Source: Gammaproteobacteria bacterium (lineage in GTDB: Bacteria; Pseudomonadota; Gammaproteobacteria; UBA5335; SLRW01). From it: 48,070 nucleotides of DNA. Shown piece by piece: positions 46,818-48,070 of this stretch; position 1 is the stretch's first letter, and the number at the start of each line of letters is the position of its first letter. The notes beneath the pieces were generated by a model. That model was given only the letters and a program-made list of their open reading frames with translations. It was not told where the DNA came from and did not search any database. The stretch lies in the NCBI GenBank assembly GCA_007130745.1, contig SLRW01000099.1, forward strand, positions 1 to 48,070. The letters are read 5' to 3'. The position numbers and the translations under genes are program-made.

Positions 46818-48070
46818 ATGACAGGGCCCGTACTTGAATCAACGCTGGATGTGAACGGCGAGGGTTTCCAGGCCAATGCCGAGTATATGCGTGCCTATGT
46901 CGAGCGTGTGCGTGATATAGAGCGCAAGCAGCGCGAAACTGAGCAGTCCTATCTGCCGCGCGCGCGCCAGGCCGGGAAATTGTTGCCCCGCGAGCGCCTG
47001 GCCTTTTTGCTGGATCCCGGCACCCCCTTCCTGGAGCTCAATTCCATTGCCGGTTACGGTATGTACGACGACAAGGATGGTAGTACCTCCGGCGGCAATC
47101 TGATTACCGGCATCGGTTATGTTTCAGGGCGCCGCTGCCTGATCGTGGTGTGGAATTACGCCATCAAGGGCGGCACCATCACCCCGGTCAATGTGAAAAA
47201 ACTGCTGCGGTTGCAGGAGATCGCTTTCCGTACCCGCCTGCCTATTGTGCAGCTGCATGAAAGCGGCGGCGGCGATCTGTCGGCCAAATCCATGGCCACA
47301 GATCCGTGGGGCCCGGCTACCTTTACCGACGGCGGGCGGGTGTATTGCCAGCTGGCGCAGCTCAGTGCCCGGGGTATCCCGCAGGTGACTGTGGCGCATG
47401 GCAACGCCACAGCCGGGGGCGCCTACCAGGTGGCGCTGTCGGATTACATCATACTGGTGCGTGAGAAGACCCAGTTGTTCCTGGCCGGGCCGCCGCTGCT
47501 CAAGGCCGGCACCGGCGAGGAGGCCACGGCCGAGGAGCTGGGCGGTGCGGAGATGCATGCCACCGTGGCCGGCACCGGCGAATATCTCGCTGCGGATGAC
47601 CGCGACGGGATCCGCATTGCGCGCGAGATTGTCGCCCAGTTACCGCTGGATCCGGTGCTCAACGGCGTTGAGCCGATTGAGCCGCCGCGCTATGACACCG
47701 AAGAGTTGCTCGGTATTTATCCCGAGGATCGAAAAAAGCCGGTGATGGCCGAGGATATTATTGCACGGCTGGTGGACGGTTCTCGTTTTCTTGCCTTTAA
47801 GCCGGAGATTGATCCGGGGACGGTCTGTGGTCATGCCCGTATCGGCGGCAAGCGGGTGGGGATTGTCTCCAATAACGGCCCGATTACGCCGCAGGCGGCC
47901 AATAAGGCGGCACAGTTCATCCAGCTTTGCGATCAGTCGTATACGCCATTGCTGTTCCTGCAGAACACCACCGGCTTCATGGTCGGCACTGAAGTGGAAC
48001 GCCGCGGGCAGGTCAAGCACAGCGCCAAGTTGATTCAGGCCGTGGCCAATGCCCGTGGCCCCAAACTGAC
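46818..48070 (+). CDS. Acyl-CoA carboxylase carboxyltransferase (beta) subunit, 3' end outside the window
   Basis: It is absent from the ORF track because it has no stop in the window. My hand translation from the ATG at 46818 stays open to the window edge (MTGPVLESTLDVNGEGFQANAEYMRAYVERVRDIERKQRE...LLPRERLAFLLDPGTPFLELNSIAG...VVWNYAIKGGTITPVNVKKLLRLQEIAF...GNATAGGAYQVALSD...LFLAGPPLLKAGTGEEATAEELGGAEMH). This resembles methylcrotonyl/geranyl-CoA carboxylase beta subunits. Confidence 0.85.
   Translation, partial: MTGPVLESTLDVNGEGFQANAEYMRAYVERVRDIERKQRETEQSYLPRARQAGKLLPRERLAFLLDPGTPFLELNSIAGYGMYDDKDGSTSGGNLITGIGYVSGRRCLIVVWNYAIKGGTITPVNVKKLLRLQEIAFRTRLPIVQLHESGGGDLSAKSMATDPWGPATFTDGGRVYCQLAQLSARGIPQVTVAHGNATAGGAYQVALSDYIILVREKTQLFLAGPPLLKAGTGEEATAEELGGAEMHATVAGTGEYLAADDRDGIRIAREIVAQLPLDPVLNGVEPIEPPRYDTEELLGIYPEDRKKPVMAEDIIARLVDGSRFLAFKPEIDPGTVCGHARIGGKRVGIVSNNGPITPQAANKAAQFIQLCDQSYTPLLFLQNTTGFMVGTEVERRGQVKHSAKLIQAVANARGPKL

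Noticed and set aside
1-48070. A scan for tRNA, rRNA, tmRNA, CRISPR repeats, IS elements, integrases, toxin-antitoxin pairs and defence genes.
   Set aside because: Nothing was found by eye. All spacers longer than 60 nt were read on both strands. They contain only promoter or terminator-like hairpins and the repeats reported above. A covariance-model scan (tRNAscan/Infernal) would be needed to exclude small ncRNAs formally.

Overview
This is a high-GC gammaproteobacterial chromosomal segment that is almost entirely conserved housekeeping genes. I call 49 CDS and recognise no rRNA, tRNA, CRISPR array, transposase, integrase or phage gene.

The gene order joins two blocks whose order I recall from Pseudomonas-type genomes:
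- Block 1: yciK / mupP-ubiG-mtaD / mtnA-gyrA-serC-(serA)-pheA-hisC-tyrA-aroA-cmk-rpsA-ihfB-lapAB.
- Block 2: suhB / trmJ-cysE-isc-ndk-rlmN-pilW-rodZ-hisS-yfgM-bamB-der.
- Both window edges carry acyl-CoA metabolism genes: a gcdH 3' end on the left, and an acyl-CoA dehydrogenase plus a biotin carboxylase alpha/beta pair on the right.
- Many genes are chained by 1-4 nt stop/start overlaps.

I do not see a clear-cut new multi-gene system such as a defence, secretion or biosynthetic island. The places that deserve a second look are:
1. A stripped-down ISC locus, cysE-iscS-iscU*-iscA, with no iscR, hscBA, fdx or iscX. Its IscU-like protein has Asp at the first cluster-ligand Cys position, Ala at the conserved Asp, LPATR in place of LPPVK, and an extra CxxCxxC.
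2. A compositionally odd three-gene islet: an AT-richer PhyH-type dioxygenase, a Tat-signal FecR-domain protein and a divergent orphan outer-membrane beta-barrel.
3. The AT-rich der/acyl-CoA dehydrogenase spacer, which carries a perfect 38-bp loop-less palindrome, a 10-bp direct repeat and a promoter with a palindrome between -35 and -10.
4. A squalene/phytoene-synthase-like gene with a degenerate first Asp-rich motif, translationally coupled into the mtaD-ubiG-mupP-rmuC operon.

All calls come from reading the supplied translations and the DNA by eye. No database search was run.
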